DNA from: Trichosphaerium sp. ATCC 40318
Taxonomy: Eukaryota > Protista > Tubulinea
Assembly: GCA_038496445.1 (NCBI GenBank)
Contig: JALMLS010000564.1
Location: 62,001 to 126,000 of the forward strand
Direction of reading: 5' to 3'
DNA: 64,000 nucleotides
The notes beneath the pieces are model-generated. The model had not been told where the DNA came from. It saw nothing but the letters and a program-made list of their open reading frames with translations, and did not search any database. Shown here one piece after another: positions 62,733 to 64,000 of the stretch. Within the stretch, counting starts at the first letter, position 1. Every line of letters begins with the position of its first letter. The position numbers and the translations under genes are program-made.

Positions 62733-63053
62733 TCTGAATTTTTTTTTTGTAAATACGATTTCACTAATTTTTTTGGTTAGTTGAAATGTGGTTGTTTTGC
62801 TAAAATAGGGTTATTTCTTTTTTACTGCGCTATCTGCGCTCTGAAGGTTCTATTACATTATGGTTTCGTACCAAGTAGTTTCGAGAGCCGTTGCCACCGT
62901 AAAAGATCGCTTTCGTAGTAAAAAAACGGCCAAAAGTCAAAAACGTTCCATAAACTACGTGTCGTTGGATTCATTCGGCGTCAGTAGTCGTAAAAACCGC
63001 CTGGTAGTGTAGTTTACAAAAAAAGTGGCAATAGCTTTTAAATACCTTCTATA

Positions 63054-64000
63054 ATGAGCTGCGACGTTCAAATGAGTACGGAGGTAACAGTAGGCTGTTT
63101 AAAGTAATACAGACTTTTTAAACGCGTCCTTTTTAGCGCCAAGCTCTACCTGCCGAATCAAAGAAACGTCCGGTTGAAGGGGACTCTAATGAACCAAATA
63201 AGAGAAGAAAAATCACGGTATGTGTCAGGTTTTGATTTTTTGAGGAAAAACAACTTCAACAAGCGCATCAGTATAATAAATACTGTTTGGCGGTTGTTGA
63301 GGTTGTCAGAAAAAACTGATTATTAAACGACGTTCGTTAGCCAGAAACCTCTGTAATTCAGCAGTCGAACACTCCCCCTCAGCAGCAACCAGATACGCCA
63401 CAAAAACCGATCTTCCAAGGTCTTGACTTGAAGAACTGGTCTCAGCACTCTTCTTTTCTAAACAGTTTTACGGCTACAGGATCAGTGTATGCTGATATAC
63501 CAAAACCTGAACCTACAAAACCACCAAGAAAAGTCTCCACCAATGAAAGTTCTGTTACTACTCCATACTGTCCTCCAATATCTACTGCTCCAGTGTATCC
63601 AGTAGCTATGGACACAACTCGCGATAAACCCACAGACTACAAAAAGGAAGCAAAGCAGCAGGAGAGTAAATCAAACAAGGACAGAGGATCTCCTCGTCCA
63701 AACTCGCATAGAACACATTCATATGGCAGTAAAAATAATCACAAGGACACATTCAAAGTAAAGAAACAGTACGTTCACCACCACTCTTCTACAGTTTTTT
63801 TTTCTTTTCAGTTTTTTTTTGACTTTCTTCCTTCAGACCTTGGTACATGATTACAACAGAAGAAGCACGTAATACAAAAAGAACTAAGCAAAATGATCAT
63901 ATTTCAAGGGTGAATTGCTTGGGTACGTAAACAGATACAGGCTGGGCGCTCAATTCACTAAAAAACACAAAAAAAATCCACCCAACCAGATTTTTCAAAA
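63054..64000 (+). CDS. 5' part of a multi-exon low-complexity protein with NLS-like motifs (runs off the window)
   Basis: MSCDVQMSTE|RQALPAESKKRPVEGDSNEPNKRRKIT|PETSVIQQ..., with canonical introns and no domain seen yet. Confidence 0.6.

Overview
AT-rich, gene-dense eukaryotic DNA with many short spliceosomal introns (mostly ~35-60 nt, frequent GTACG/GTAAG donors). It is a protist, and the gene content suggests Amoebozoa (inference). Gene models were spliced by eye, so boundaries are approximate. Left arm: ankyrin+RasGEF, a probable mitochondrial protein, exportin-5, a membrane-anchored F-box protein, a pseudokinase, a divergent Rho GTPase, a MYRF/MrfA-like protein with a peptidase-S74 autocleavage domain but no transmembrane anchor, and a Cys-motif coiled-coil protein. 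Centre (~24.8-50.0 kb): a head-to-tail array of 9 full-length paralogous type-I surface proteins plus 2 remnants. Each has a signal peptide, a highly divergent beta-helix-like ectodomain, a variable P/T/S stalk, a conserved membrane-proximal domain, a TM helix and a SWRxKIMPF-type tail. The array shows patchwork sequence exchange between copies, a possible mini-gene made by internal deletion, and a MITE-like intron insertion. Right arm: AN1 zinc-finger (AIRAP-like), Sel1-repeat protein, GST-like protein, an intronless F-box/LRR gene, a secreted hypothetical protein, C2-RhoGAP, a divergent RBX1-like RING protein missed by the ORF track, and a partial gene. CACGTG is strongly over-represented. 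No rRNA, tRNA or CRISPR was seen.
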